A DNA stretch of 20,325 nucleotides from Archaeoglobaceae archaeon. Lineage in GTDB: Archaea; Halobacteriota; Archaeoglobi; Archaeoglobales; Archaeoglobaceae. Shown in pieces: positions 1 through 9,203 of the stretch. The notes beneath the pieces were generated by a model. It ran no database searches, was not told the origin of the DNA, and was given only the letters and a program-made list of their open reading frames with translations. Position numbers and translations under genes: made by a program. The stretch covers positions 1 through 20,325 of the forward strand of contig JAWAQR010000022.1 in assembly GCA_038893835.1 (NCBI GenBank), read 5' to 3'. Numbering within the stretch: position 1 is the first letter of the stretch; each line of letters opens with the position of its first letter.

Positions 1-708
1 TGCAGCGCATTTCATCAACATTTCATGACCAACATGTGGAACGTTTCTGGTCTGGTGAGCTATAACTGTCCTCCACTTCTTCACGTTCTTTATCACTTCT
101 CTACATTTTGCAGGCGGGAACCAGAATCTGTCATATGGCTCCTTGAACTTTGGCTCATTTATTATCGTATACTTCCCTCCAAAAACCACTGGCTGATGAC
201 ATCTGTATATCAGATAACCTGGATGCTTATCATCAAACGGCTGCCTAACGACTTCCGGATTCTTTTCTGGAGTACCAAAGGTTCTAACGGCAACGTCTTT
301 TGGATCAATTCTGTAAATTTCTTCAATGTCTAATATAGCAAAAGGCTGGCCTTTAAGCATCAGCAAAAGTCTATCTCCCTCTTTAACACCAAGAGCTTTG
401 TAGTCTTCTTCACTTACGTCGAAGAGAATTGGAAACGGGAAAATCCATTCACTGAGCAATCTTCTTTCCTTAAGAACCCTTTCAAGTTCATCTCTTACCA
501 TTGAACCCTCAAGAGGGCTGAAGAAGCCGTAGCAAACGGACATTATTTCTCTATAAACGTGTCTTATTGGAACACCTTTTGGATCTGTTGTTGCTTTGAG
601 TTCAAATCTTGGACAACCAGCAGCAAGTTTTTCCGCCCTCTCTTTATTTTTAATAACTCTATCTACAAGTTTTCCACCGTGTGGTGGAGGCATTTTAAGC
701 AAAGCCAT
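1..708 (-). CDS. sat: Sulfate adenylyltransferase (ATP sulfurylase), dissimilatory Archaeoglobus type; 5' part only, runs off the window edge
   Basis: Not in the ORF track. Manual minus-strand translation from ATG at 708: MALLKMPPPHGGKLVDRVIK...REIMSVCYGFFSPLEG...AHQTRNVPHVGHEMLMKCAA. Contains the PHGGKL N-terminus, GFFSPLEG and the catalytic QTRNxxHxGH motif. SD GGAGGTG at 714-720. Confidence 0.96.
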   Translation of the reverse strand, partial: MALLKMPPPHGGKLVDRVIKNKERAEKLAAGCPRFELKATTDPKGVPIRHVYREIMSVCYGFFSPLEGSMVRDELERVLKERRLLSEWIFPFPILFDVSEEDYKALGVKEGDRLLLMLKGQPFAILDIEEIYRIDPKDVAVRTFGTPEKNPEVVRQPFDDKHPGYLIYRCHQPVVFGGKYTIINEPKFKEPYDRFWFPPAKCREVIKNVKKWRTVIAHQTRNVPHVGHEMLMKCAA

Positions 709-713
709 CTTAA

Positions 714-760
714 CACCTCCAATTTCTTATTTTTTAGGGATTATATAAATCTTTCGAAAA
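714..760 (-). promoter_or_regulatory. sat promoter (BRE + TATA) and Shine-Dalgarno
   Basis: Minus strand reads TTTTCGAAAG-ATTTATATAA (760-741), then GGAGGTG (720-714) 5 nt before the ATG. Confidence 0.7.
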
Positions 761-860
761 ATTATGTAATGATTAACAGTTCGAAAAGTTAATTCCCATC
801 CTATGGATTTAAAAATGAATTTGAGCTTTAACAGCTTTTCACTTTTTCTAAAGGGATTTT

Positions 861-1526
861 TCAAAATTTTTCGAAAAATTCGAAATCAGTCACAACTCCA
901 AAACCACTAAACCCTCTCCAAATTTTTTCAATCTTTTTTATGATTATTCTTTTCTTGTAAAGTGGTGCATCGAGCACTAGAGTCTCATATTCTCCCCCCT
1001 CTCCAGCTAAGTTGATCTTTGTTCTTTTTGAAACCATTTTAAGTCTTTCAATTCCCCTTTCATCTATTTTCATCCCCAAAAAGCTCTCATCCAGCCCCAT
1101 TGCAGATACGCTGACTATTATTGCCTCAAAATTTCTCGCCACCTCTCTTAGTATTTTCTCCTGATCCTCACCCCAAAGTGGTGTAAGGAGTTTCAAGCCA
1201 AGATGATCGCAAATTTTCTTCAACCTCCTCAACTGATAATTTGAAGCTATAACTCCACTACAAATAGCGTCGATTTCCAGCTTAGATAAACCATCTCTTA
1301 GCTCCTCAACTTCTCTCTCCTCTATTCCTGAAACTCTGATCTTTTGCAATGGAAGATCCAGACACTCAGCGACTGCATCGATCATGTGAATGTTAACGGT
1401 ATGGAACATGTAGGAATCAGCATTCTCTGAAACCGCCGTTACTAGTATTATTTCCCCCATCTCGGCAATTCTGTGAAGGGCAAGTATCGAATCCTTACCA
1501 CCAGATGTTAGAACAGCTATTCTCAT
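861..1526 (-). CDS. Diphthine--ammonia ligase (Dph6)/MJ0570-family PP-loop ATPase
   Basis: SGGKDS PP-loop, SYMFH, PLW and GEGGEYETLVLDAP motifs; 221 aa; ATGA overlap with the upstream alanine dehydrogenase stop. Confidence 0.88.
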   Translation of the reverse strand: MRIAVLTSGGKDSILALHRIAEMGEIILVTAVSENADSYMFHTVNIHMIDAVAECLDLPLQKIRVSGIEEREVEELRDGLSKLEIDAICSGVIASNYQLRRLKKICDHLGLKLLTPLWGEDQEKILREVARNFEAIIVSVSAMGLDESFLGMKIDERGIERLKMVSKRTKINLAGEGGEYETLVLDAPLYKKRIIIKKIEKIWRGFSGFGVVTDFEFFEKF

Positions 1527-2482
1527 ACAAGTTCAATCTTTGTCCCAATACCTTCTCTTACAGCCTTCTCATATACTATCTTCGCAACAGCCAGATCCTG
1601 AATCGCTAGTCCGGTTGAATCAAAAATCGTTATCTCATCACTCTCTCTAACCTTTTTAATACCAGCAACGACTTCTCCGAGTGTTGCATAAATGTCTTCC
1701 TTACTTATAATTCCAAGCGAGTAGGCAACGTTAATTTCTCCTCCATGCAACGCCTGTTCTAAATCGTCGACAACTATTTTCGCCCTTTTCAAAATTTCAA
1801 TTTCCAGTTCTTGCTTTCCAGGAGCGTCTGCACCAATTGCGTTGATGTGCGTTCCTTTTTTAATCCATTCATCTTTAACAACCGGTTTCGTCGATGGCGT
1901 TGTAGTTATTAACAAATCGCAATCGCAAGCATCTTTTGCACTTGTTATCTTACATCTTACCCCTTCACTTTCGCAAAACTTTTTAAATGCCAAACTTGCC
2001 TTCTCACTGACATCATAAGCTTTAACGAGTTCGATTTTGAATAGTTCCCTCATCGCAAGAAATTGGAAAATTGCCTGTTTTCCACAACCGATAAAACCAA
2101 AGATTCTGCTATCTTTCCTTGCCAAATATTTTGCAGCAACTCCACCAGCTGCGCCTGTGCGCAGAGAAGTTAGGAAGGTTGCATCCATTATGGCTAATGG
2201 AAACCCATTTTTTGGATCGCTCAAAATGAGGACGGCCATTACTGTTGGGAACCCTTTTTCAGGATTTCTAGGATGGGAGTTAACCCATTTAACCCCAGCA
2301 TAACCCATCAAATATGAAGGCATAGCCCTGAAATCTCCTTCTTCCAGATTCAAGTAGACTTTTGGAGGCATTATCGCTTTTGAGGTTGCATAAAGTCTAA
2401 ATGCCTCTTCAACTACATCAATCGCCTCCCTCATAGTTATAAGAGATTTCACTTCCTTCTGCGTTAGCAACAGCGTTTCCAT
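1523..2482 (-). CDS. ala: Archaeal alanine dehydrogenase (ornithine cyclodeaminase/mu-crystallin family)
   Basis: Start trimmed to METLLLTQKEV (ATG 2482), 319 aa. Motifs MPPK, GDFRAMP, KWVNSHP, RTGAAG, GCGKQA, HINAIGADAPGKQE, FDSTGLAIQD match the AF1665-type AlaDH. The ORF-track extension to 2695 overlaps the opposite-strand gene. Confidence 0.88.
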   Translation of the reverse strand: METLLLTQKEVKSLITMREAIDVVEEAFRLYATSKAIMPPKVYLNLEEGDFRAMPSYLMGYAGVKWVNSHPRNPEKGFPTVMAVLILSDPKNGFPLAIMDATFLTSLRTGAAGGVAAKYLARKDSRIFGFIGCGKQAIFQFLAMRELFKIELVKAYDVSEKASLAFKKFCESEGVRCKITSAKDACDCDLLITTTPSTKPVVKDEWIKKGTHINAIGADAPGKQELEIEILKRAKIVVDDLEQALHGGEINVAYSLGIISKEDIYATLGEVVAGIKKVRESDEITIFDSTGLAIQDLAVAKIVYEKAVREGIGTKIELV

Positions 2483-2502
2483 GAAAGAATTTTTCCATAA
2501 CA

Positions 2503-2516
2503 TATTTAAGCTTTTC
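2503..2516. promoter_or_regulatory. Putative bidirectional TATA box shared by ala and the divergent hypothetical gene
   Basis: TATTTAA at 2503-2509 reads TTAAATA on the minus strand, preceded there by BRE-like GAAAAGC. It lies about 21 nt from both ATGs (2482 and 2531). Confidence 0.5.
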
Positions 2517-2530
2517 AGAGAATAAAATTC

Positions 2531-2965
2531 ATGCAAAAGCTGAGGGAGCTGGATTTTAGGGCTAGAAAGGAAGATTGGATGAACGTTTTCCTTGAAGATG
2601 GCACAGTGATAAGGTTCAAATCCATTCTTACAAGAGTCTTTGACACAGGACAGAAAGACGTGTTTGGTGAACCAATTTATAGAATAGATAGTCAAAACAT
2701 CGTAGTTGCAAGAGCTCCGGATGAGTTAAAGGGACAACCATCGGAGTTTATTCCACCCATACATGAGATCGTGAAAAAGAAGAAACCAACGATTGTCAGA
2801 GTAAAGGCCATTGTTGGAGATGACTGGAACGAGTACGAATTGGAGGATGGAAGCATTATAAAGACAAGAACGATAATAACAAAGGTTCTAAGACTCGATG
2901 GCTATTTTGACAGCTATGGAAATCCAGTCTACATAGTGCAGTCGCAGATGGTCGTCTCAACTTAA
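2531..2965 (+). CDS. Hypothetical protein with two tandem copies of a ~50-aa domain
   Basis: 144 aa, fills the gap between ala and arcS. Internal repeat DW..(F/E)LEDG..I......T.V......D..G.P.Y...SQ..V at aa 15-59 and aa 98-142. Confidence 0.8.
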   Translation: MQKLRELDFRARKEDWMNVFLEDGTVIRFKSILTRVFDTGQKDVFGEPIYRIDSQNIVVARAPDELKGQPSEFIPPIHEIVKKKKPTIVRVKAIVGDDWNEYELEDGSIIKTRTIITKVLRLDGYFDSYGNPVYIVQSQMVVST

Positions 2966-4522
2966 TCTGTATTTTCTCTTAACTTCCACCGCAACTCCTT
3001 TCTCAGCCTCCATCATTTCCTTCCCACAAATCCTTGCAATTCCAACACCATAAATTGATGAGTTGTAAAAAACCACCAAATCGTTTGGCCTTATCCTTTC
3101 ATCAGCAAATTTTATTCCAGCACAGAAAATTGTAGAACTAGGCTCAAATTCGTCGATTTCAACGACATATTTTTTATTTTTAATCAGTTTCAAAATAAAA
3201 TCTCCATATATATCGAGCTGCCCATATTTGAGATCGAATCTCGCAATTCTCTCTCTTCCAAACAACTCGATATCGGGATATTTTCCTCTAACAATGCCAT
3301 CGATCTCAACTTCGAACTGATACCTTGAAGCGTGTCTGAACATCTCGATGAATTGATCATAACTTTCAAAGCTCTCGAGTTCCTTTTTAAGTCTTCTCAA
3401 AGATTCTCTACTAAGAATGTCCCCCTGTGCTGTGAACGTGACATCATAATCTTTCAAAGCCCTCTCAACAACTTTTTTATATCCCGCCTCAACATGGGCA
3501 ATTATTTTTTCAAAGTTCCCCTTTTCAACGAATTTTTTAAGCCAGCCTGCAACGAATTCTATCTCTTCCTCACCCCAATGACCGGTAACTGGTGTGTCGT
3601 AGTTAATTGCTGGATAAATGAGCTCGAGTTCCCTTGGAACAACTAAAGGAGAGGAAATTATTATCTCGTTCACGTTCACGTTGACAGCACTCTTAATCAT
3701 GCGGTGCGTTTTTGAGATTAGATAAGGTTTTTTGGCTGTGCAAGGGAGTAAGAGGAGAGCTTTTGTCTTTGGTTCATAACATTCAACTGCTCTTTGCAAA
3801 AAATACTTCACTTCAAACCTGTTCACACTCTCCTGCGAAGTGAAGTAGCATGTGGTTTTCTTGAATCTTGGAAAGAATTCGCTATCTTCAAAGTCAGAGA
3901 ACCTAAGCAACGCCGTTAATTCCGGGCTAAGTTTCGATTTAGCCTCAACGTAATTTCTCAAATTCTCCTCCTCTATCAAATGCCTACACTTTTCCACTTC
4001 TCTCCTCAAAACCTCTGTATTATGTCTTGCAACTATTTCATAAACTTCTTCTTTTTTTAATTCCCTTATTCTTTGCCTTTTACAGAATTCACAGTTACAT
4101 GGAAAGCTTTCCAGTCTCTCAATTGCAACTTCAATTTCTCCAAAAAAGTAAATACCTCTATAAGCCTTTGCGATTGCCATCAGATTATCAACGAGGTCCG
4201 CGCCTAGATAAATGAGCATGGAAACGTTTAAAGGGGTTGCACATGCTACGGCGAACAAAGGCTTAGTGCTGCGCAACTCTGAAAAAGCTTCTGCAATTTC
4301 CCTTGGCATCATCGTTGAAATTCCCGTTAAAACCTTTATTTCCCCAGATGGCTTTAACTTTTCATAAATTTCTGGAAAAATTTTCTTCACTGGATATGGA
4401 GCCATTCCAAAATCGAATTTCTCGAGAATTTTTCCTTCAAGCATCGCTGGTGTTCTCAACTTCTCCTCAAATTCCAAAACCCCAATTCTAGCAAAACCAT
4501 CCCTTTTTTCAGTGTAAAACAT
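2957..4522 (-). CDS. arcS: Archaeosine synthase subunit alpha (ArcS/TgtA2)
   Basis: Degenerate TGT-like N-terminus (RDGFARIG; CNCEFC...H Zn site), LLPCTAKKPY..SKTH and YDTPVTGHW motifs, C-terminal PUA-like domain. Directly downstream of tgtA. Start ATG 4522 or GTG 4528. Confidence 0.9.
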   Translation of the reverse strand: MFYTEKRDGFARIGVLEFEEKLRTPAMLEGKILEKFDFGMAPYPVKKIFPEIYEKLKPSGEIKVLTGISTMMPREIAEAFSELRSTKPLFAVACATPLNVSMLIYLGADLVDNLMAIAKAYRGIYFFGEIEVAIERLESFPCNCEFCKRQRIRELKKEEVYEIVARHNTEVLRREVEKCRHLIEEENLRNYVEAKSKLSPELTALLRFSDFEDSEFFPRFKKTTCYFTSQESVNRFEVKYFLQRAVECYEPKTKALLLLPCTAKKPYLISKTHRMIKSAVNVNVNEIIISSPLVVPRELELIYPAINYDTPVTGHWGEEEIEFVAGWLKKFVEKGNFEKIIAHVEAGYKKVVERALKDYDVTFTAQGDILSRESLRRLKKELESFESYDQFIEMFRHASRYQFEVEIDGIVRGKYPDIELFGRERIARFDLKYGQLDIYGDFILKLIKNKKYVVEIDEFEPSSTIFCAGIKFADERIRPNDLVVFYNSSIYGVGIARICGKEMMEAEKGVAVEVKRKYRLS

Positions 4523-5945
4523 ACTCACATTCCCCCGGAAGATCTTTGATGAATTCCTTCCATCTTCCCGTTATATGAATTATGAACTTCTTCCCCTTCT
4601 TCGCAAGTATGAACTCTTTCAAACCTTCAACAGCTATTTCAAGCGCCTCCTTTTCTATGTTTTCCTCATCTGGTATTTCCGCATGTCCGCAGGGGTAACT
4701 CTCTAGCAACTCAACTGGAACAACTCCAAAGACGGGGCGTAAGTAAACATCAGCTTTTATTCCGAAATCTGTCGAAATGACAATCGTTTCCTTATCATAA
4801 TCGATGTTTTTTACAGCATTCATATGCCTTTTGACAGCTGGCCTAAAGATGCTTTCAATTCCACAGTAAAGGAACTTTTTCTTAATCCAGGGATCCGATC
4901 TTTCAAAGATTTCACTATATTCTTTTATCATCCTCCATGCGCTTATCAAATTTGGATGAGACCTTATACGTTTCTCCACAAGCTCAAAAAGAGAATTTTC
5001 TTTAATTGCATTTTTTATTACCCTTATCTCTTCAAAAGTGACATAGAGATTGTGTTCAGCTAATAAATACTCTCTCTCCCCTTTTTCCATTTCCCTGAGC
5101 TCTTCAGGAGTTTTCTTTGAACATACTGGACAGCAGCAGGGAAAATATTGCAGCTCAGACAGCTTTTTTGTTCCATAAACTGTCAAGTATCTGTCATCCT
5201 TCGCGTAAAGCGCATAAGCTGCTGAATCGAAGAGATCACATCCAAGTGCAACTGCCATTGCGAAGACCATTGGATGTCCACAGCCGAAGAGGTGTATAAG
5301 CTCGAATGGAAGCACAGATCTAACTTCCAGTATTATTCTCACGAGATCTCTGAATCTGTAAGTATCCAAGAGTGGCACAATTCCTCCGATTGCATAAACA
5401 TCGCCTCCTATTTCTCTTGCAAGCTCAGCACTTTTTCTTCTCAACTCTCCAATAGTTGATCCCTGAATTGGTAAAACTAAAAAAGACTCTCCTGCCAGAT
5501 TTTTTGCTTCCCTCTCTCTTCTTATCGTTTCCTCTAAATCTGCTTTTGCCGTTTCATAATCCGCATCTGGTGGGGTTGGAATGTCAAGAGGGACTATGAA
5601 ATCTGCTCCAATCTTTTTCTGAAATTCGACTATCTCCGAGTTCGTAACTTCGATATCTCCGTACTCCATTAGCTGATAACTTCCGCTGTCTGTCATCACA
5701 GGGATGTCGACACCAAGTAATCTGTGAACACCTTTTTTAATTGCTTCCTCTTTGTAACTCTTGTAGATTATATAAGCATTTGTTATCAAAGCTTGAGCGC
5801 CATAATTTGGCATTTTCTTTGCAGAAAGAAGTGGAAGGTTTGGATTTATCACTGGAAGCACAGTGGGGGTTTCAATTCTTCCATGCCTAGTTTCTATCCT
5901 ACAAATCCTGCCCAAAACGTCTTTGTCGATTATTTCGAATTCCAC
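4509..5945 (-). CDS. tgtA: Archaeosine tRNA-guanine(15) transglycosylase
   Basis: ETPTVLPVINP, ITNAYI, MTDSGSYQL (catalytic Asp), LDIPT, HLFGCGHP, DLFDSAAY, CCCPVC...H Zn site. Start trimmed to GTG 5945 ((M)EFEIIDKD); exact start codon uncertain. Confidence 0.95.
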   Translation of the reverse strand: MEFEIIDKDVLGRICRIETRHGRIETPTVLPVINPNLPLLSAKKMPNYGAQALITNAYIIYKSYKEEAIKKGVHRLLGVDIPVMTDSGSYQLMEYGDIEVTNSEIVEFQKKIGADFIVPLDIPTPPDADYETAKADLEETIRREREAKNLAGESFLVLPIQGSTIGELRRKSAELAREIGGDVYAIGGIVPLLDTYRFRDLVRIILEVRSVLPFELIHLFGCGHPMVFAMAVALGCDLFDSAAYALYAKDDRYLTVYGTKKLSELQYFPCCCPVCSKKTPEELREMEKGEREYLLAEHNLYVTFEEIRVIKNAIKENSLFELVEKRIRSHPNLISAWRMIKEYSEIFERSDPWIKKKFLYCGIESIFRPAVKRHMNAVKNIDYDKETIVISTDFGIKADVYLRPVFGVVPVELLESYPCGHAEIPDEENIEKEALEIAVEGLKEFILAKKGKKFIIHITGRWKEFIKDLPGECEYVLH

Positions 5946-6021
5946 ATCCAAGTTTCTGTGAAATGCAGATAACCGTTTCGATTTTTCGAAAGACTTTAAT
6001 TTTCTAAGAAGATCGTTTGCA
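5946..6021. promoter_or_regulatory. Divergent promoter region for tgtA and the aminotransferase
   Basis: Plus strand: CGAAAG-ACTTTAAT (about 5987-6000), 21 nt before ATG 6022. Minus strand: CGAAAC-GGTTATCT (about 5980-5967) before GTG 5945. Spacing fits leaderless transcripts. Confidence 0.5.
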
Positions 6022-7143
6022 ATGGAGGCGCAGAGGTTAAGAGATGTTTCCACCTCTCTGATCCGCAGAATGTTTGAAATCGTGGAAAAGGCTAAAAGGG
6101 AAGGGAAAGATATCATTAGCCTTACAATAGGTGAACCAGACTTCTCAACGCCAGTAGAAGTTGTTGAAAAAGCAATAAGGGCTATGAAATCTGGTTATAC
6201 GCATTACACTTCCAACCTTGGTCTGGAAGAGCTCAGAGCTGCTATTGCTGAAAGATATGGAGTTTCAAAAGAGAACGTGATGATAACAACTGGTGGTAGT
6301 GAAGCTCTCTTCAACGCAAGCTTGGCGTTTATTGAAGAGAATTCAAAGGTAATAATCCCATCTCCAACTTTTCTGAGCTACTTTACTTATGCAAAGATTT
6401 GCAAGGCAAGAATTTTGGAAATTAAGACCCATGACAACGAATTCGTGCCAAATGTTGATAAACTTTCCGAAATGATGGGAAAAGATGTGAGCGTTATATT
6501 CCTTAATTATCCCAATAACCCCACTGGTGCAGTTATCGATGAAAGATCCGCCAGAGCGATTGCGGAGATTGCGATGGATTATGAAGCAATAGTGATCAGT
6601 GACGAAATTTACGATAGAATCTATTATGACAAGAGACCTACAACGCTAGCTGATTACGAGAATGTAGTCGTCATAAACGGTTTTTCAAAGTCTTTAGCAA
6701 TGACTGGCTGGAGAATTGGCTATGTTGTTGCAAGAGAGGATTTGATAAATTCGATGTTAAAAGTTCATCAAGTTAACGGTGTTTGTGCTCCAGCCTTCGC
6801 TCAAAAAGCGGTAGCAGAGGTTTTGTTGAACGGGGAATTTGAAAAGATAGTCTCGAGAATGGTTGCAGAATTCAGAAAGAGAAGAGACTATGTTTATGGA
6901 GAACTGAGAAAACTTTACTGGACTGTTAAGCCAGAAGGGGCCTTTTATATGTTCTTAAAAGTTGAAGAGAACTGCTTAAATTTTGCAGAAAAGCTAATAG
7001 ATTACGGAGTGGCTGTTACACCTGGAATAGCATTTGGCAGTGGAAATGAGGAGTTCATTAGAATAAGTTATGCAAACTCGATGGAGAATTTGAAGAAGGC
7101 TGTTGAAAGAATAAAGGCTTACCATGAGAGTAAGACCTCTTGA
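6022..7143 (+). CDS. PLP-dependent aminotransferase class I/II (aspartate/aromatic aminotransferase family)
   Basis: GEPDF, HYT, NYPNNPTG, ISDEIY, GFSKSLAMTGWRIG (PLP lysine), PEGAFY, RISYA motifs. Confidence 0.93.
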   Translation: MEAQRLRDVSTSLIRRMFEIVEKAKREGKDIISLTIGEPDFSTPVEVVEKAIRAMKSGYTHYTSNLGLEELRAAIAERYGVSKENVMITTGGSEALFNASLAFIEENSKVIIPSPTFLSYFTYAKICKARILEIKTHDNEFVPNVDKLSEMMGKDVSVIFLNYPNNPTGAVIDERSARAIAEIAMDYEAIVISDEIYDRIYYDKRPTTLADYENVVVINGFSKSLAMTGWRIGYVVAREDLINSMLKVHQVNGVCAPAFAQKAVAEVLLNGEFEKIVSRMVAEFRKRRDYVYGELRKLYWTVKPEGAFYMFLKVEENCLNFAEKLIDYGVAVTPGIAFGSGNEEFIRISYANSMENLKKAVERIKAYHESKTS

Positions 7144-7702
7144 GAAGGCAGATGTTGCGGAAGCAGTTAGAATTCTCCTTCTTTCCTTCGACAGAGAGAT
7201 ATCTGCGATATTCAGGGATATATATTTTGCTGGAGAAATACTAAAAGATTTCTTCATAAGAAATCCAGAAAACTGCTTTGTTGCTGAAAAAGAAAGAATA
7301 TTGGGATTTTCCTGCATTTCCTTTGAGGAGCATAAGATTTTCAAATTTCTAAGAGAAAGAATGGGGTTTCTCGAAGGTTATAGAGCGTCTTTACTCTTGA
7401 AATTCTTTATGAGAAATCCAAAGAAAGGAGAAGCTTTCATAGACTTCATCGCAGTTACTCCGCTTAGAAGAAGAGAAGGAGTAGGCTCGGCGTTGATGAA
7501 AAGGATGATAGAATCTGCGAAAGAAAGAGAAGTAAAGCGATTGAACTGTCTAGTACGATCTGAAAGTGAATCTTTACCATTTTTCGAAAAATTCGGTTTT
7601 AAAGTCGTAAAAGTTTTCGAAAGCAAACTGGCTGAAAAGTACTTTTATACAAAGCTGTGGTTTTTACTGAGCAAAGATTTATCTTCAAATGATGAAATTT
7701 GA
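7124..7702 (+). CDS. GNAT-family N-acetyltransferase
   Basis: Acetyl-CoA motif A IAVTPLRRREGVGSALM and motif B FFEKFGF; overlaps the aminotransferase 3' end by 20 nt. Confidence 0.85.
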   Translation: MRVRPLEKADVAEAVRILLLSFDREISAIFRDIYFAGEILKDFFIRNPENCFVAEKERILGFSCISFEEHKIFKFLRERMGFLEGYRASLLLKFFMRNPKKGEAFIDFIAVTPLRRREGVGSALMKRMIESAKEREVKRLNCLVRSESESLPFFEKFGFKVVKVFESKLAEKYFYTKLWFLLSKDLSSNDEI

Positions 7703-7704
7703 GT

Positions 7705-8175
7705 ATGAGACCTCTTGGAATACTTCTTTTAACGATATTTCTCCTGCTGGAAGGAATTGCTGGTATATTCATGGGAGTTGGAATGCTTCTAGCGAAAGAG
7801 GAGATTTATGGACTTTTAAAGACGGAATTCGAGAGATTTTTGATCGAGTTTAACGCAACAAATTTCATTTCGGAGAACTTATTTGAAACTATCTACAACT
7901 TTACATCGGTTGCTACAATATTGATAGGTTTTGTATACCTGCTCATAGCATTTGGTGTCTTCATGCTAAAGAATTGGGCCAGAATTTTTGCCATCGCTAT
8001 TTTAGCCTTCCAATTCATCTACTCCCTTTTTTTGATATACTTTGACCTATTATCAATCCTAGGCGCCCTTTTAAGCGCAGGATTCATGGTATATCTTCTT
8101 CGCAGAGATGTTAGGGAAAAGTTTCAGGGAAAAAAGATGACGATTGAGGAGAGGATTTTGGGAAAAAAGATCTAG
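7705..8175 (+). CDS. Hypothetical integral membrane protein (about 4 TM helices)
   Basis: RPLG N-terminus, four hydrophobic segments, G.F.LKNWAR loop, charged C-tail. Start ATG 7705 (ORF track uses TTG 7699). Confidence 0.75.
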   Translation: MRPLGILLLTIFLLLEGIAGIFMGVGMLLAKEEIYGLLKTEFERFLIEFNATNFISENLFETIYNFTSVATILIGFVYLLIAFGVFMLKNWARIFAIAILAFQFIYSLFLIYFDLLSILGALLSAGFMVYLLRRDVREKFQGKKMTIEERILGKKI

Positions 8176-9203
8176 ATCATCTTTTCCTTGACTAGCAATT
8201 CTCCATTCAATATACTTGCCCCCGCTGCCCCGCGAATTGTGTTGTGTCCCAGAACTAGATATTTTATCCCCCAAGCGTCCTTTCTAATCCTTCCAACGAC
8301 TACGCTCATACCATTCCCCGTATCTCTGTCAAGCCTAGGCTGTGGACGATCCTGTTCTTCTCTGATCACTATTACCTCCTTTGGAGAACTCGGTAAATCT
8401 AAGGGTTTTAGAGATCTGAAGGCCTCCTTAACTTCCTCAACGCTTACATCTCTTTCAAGCTCAACCCAAACAGCCTCAAGATGCCCATCTATCACCGGAA
8501 CCCTGTGACAGGATGCAGAGATTTTGAACTTCGCAAATTCTATTCTATCTCCAACGAACTTTCCAAGAATTTTCAAAGGTTCGCTTTCACATTTTTCCTC
8601 TTCATTCTTTATGAACGGGATCACGTTATCTGTGATCGCAAGCGATGGGACCCCTGGATAACCTGCACCGCTCAAAGCCTGCATCGAGGCAATTCTAACA
8701 CTCTTAATACCAAAGTAGTCCATCAAAGGTTTTAGCGTTATTACGAACATCGTACTCGTACAGTTTGGATTTGTTATTATGAATCCATCCCACCCTCTTC
8801 TTCTTTTTTGAACTTCAACAAGACCAAGATGATCCGCATTTACCTCTGGGATCACAAGTGGGACATCTTCGAACATTCTGAAAGCTGAAGCGTTGCTTGA
8901 AACTACAAATCCCGCTTCAGCGAATTTTGGTTCGACTTCTCTAGCAACTTCAGCTGGTAATGCTGAGAAAACTATGTCGGCATCGATTTGCTTCGGATCA
9001 AGTGGAACCATTTCGATATTTTTTGCATAAGCCGGAATATTTTGAGAGACTATCCATTCAACTTCACTGCCGTATTTCTTACCTATTCTTCTTTCCGACG
9101 CAGCCAAAGCGGTAACTTTGAACCAAGGATGATTTTCCAATAGCTGAACAAACTTTTGCCCAACCATTCCAGTAGCCCCTAATATGCAGACTTTATAATG
9201 CAT
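8172..9203 (-). CDS. asd: Aspartate-semialdehyde dehydrogenase (archaeal/fungal type)
   Basis: [10 protein letters not shown] Rossmann motif, [14 protein letters not shown] (catalytic Cys), [24 protein letters not shown]. Confidence 0.96.
   Translation of the reverse strand: MHYKVCILGATGMVGQKFVQLLENHPWFKVTALAASERRIGKKYGSEVEWIVSQNIPAYAKNIEMVPLDPKQIDADIVFSALPAEVAREVEPKFAEAGFVVSSNASAFRMFEDVPLVIPEVNADHLGLVEVQKRRRGWDGFIITNPNCTSTMFVITLKPLMDYFGIKSVRIASMQALSGAGYPGVPSLAITDNVIPFIKNEEEKCESEPLKILGKFVGDRIEFAKFKISASCHRVPVIDGHLEAVWVELERDVSVEEVKEAFRSLKPLDLPSSPKEVIVIREEQDRPQPRLDRDTGNGMSVVVGRIRKDAWGIKYLVLGHNTIRGAAGASILNGELLVKEKMI

Noticed and set aside
25-792. Plus-strand ORFs 25-333 and 559-792
   Set aside because: Antisense shadows of sat and its promoter; no recognisable motifs.
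2483-2695. 71-aa N-terminal extension of alanine dehydrogenase in the ORF track
   Set aside because: Overlaps the opposite-strand gene; family similarity and promoter spacing support ATG 2482.
5946-6116. N-terminal extension of TgtA in the ORF track
   Set aside because: Antisense to the aminotransferase start and covers the divergent promoter; TGT similarity begins at FEI.
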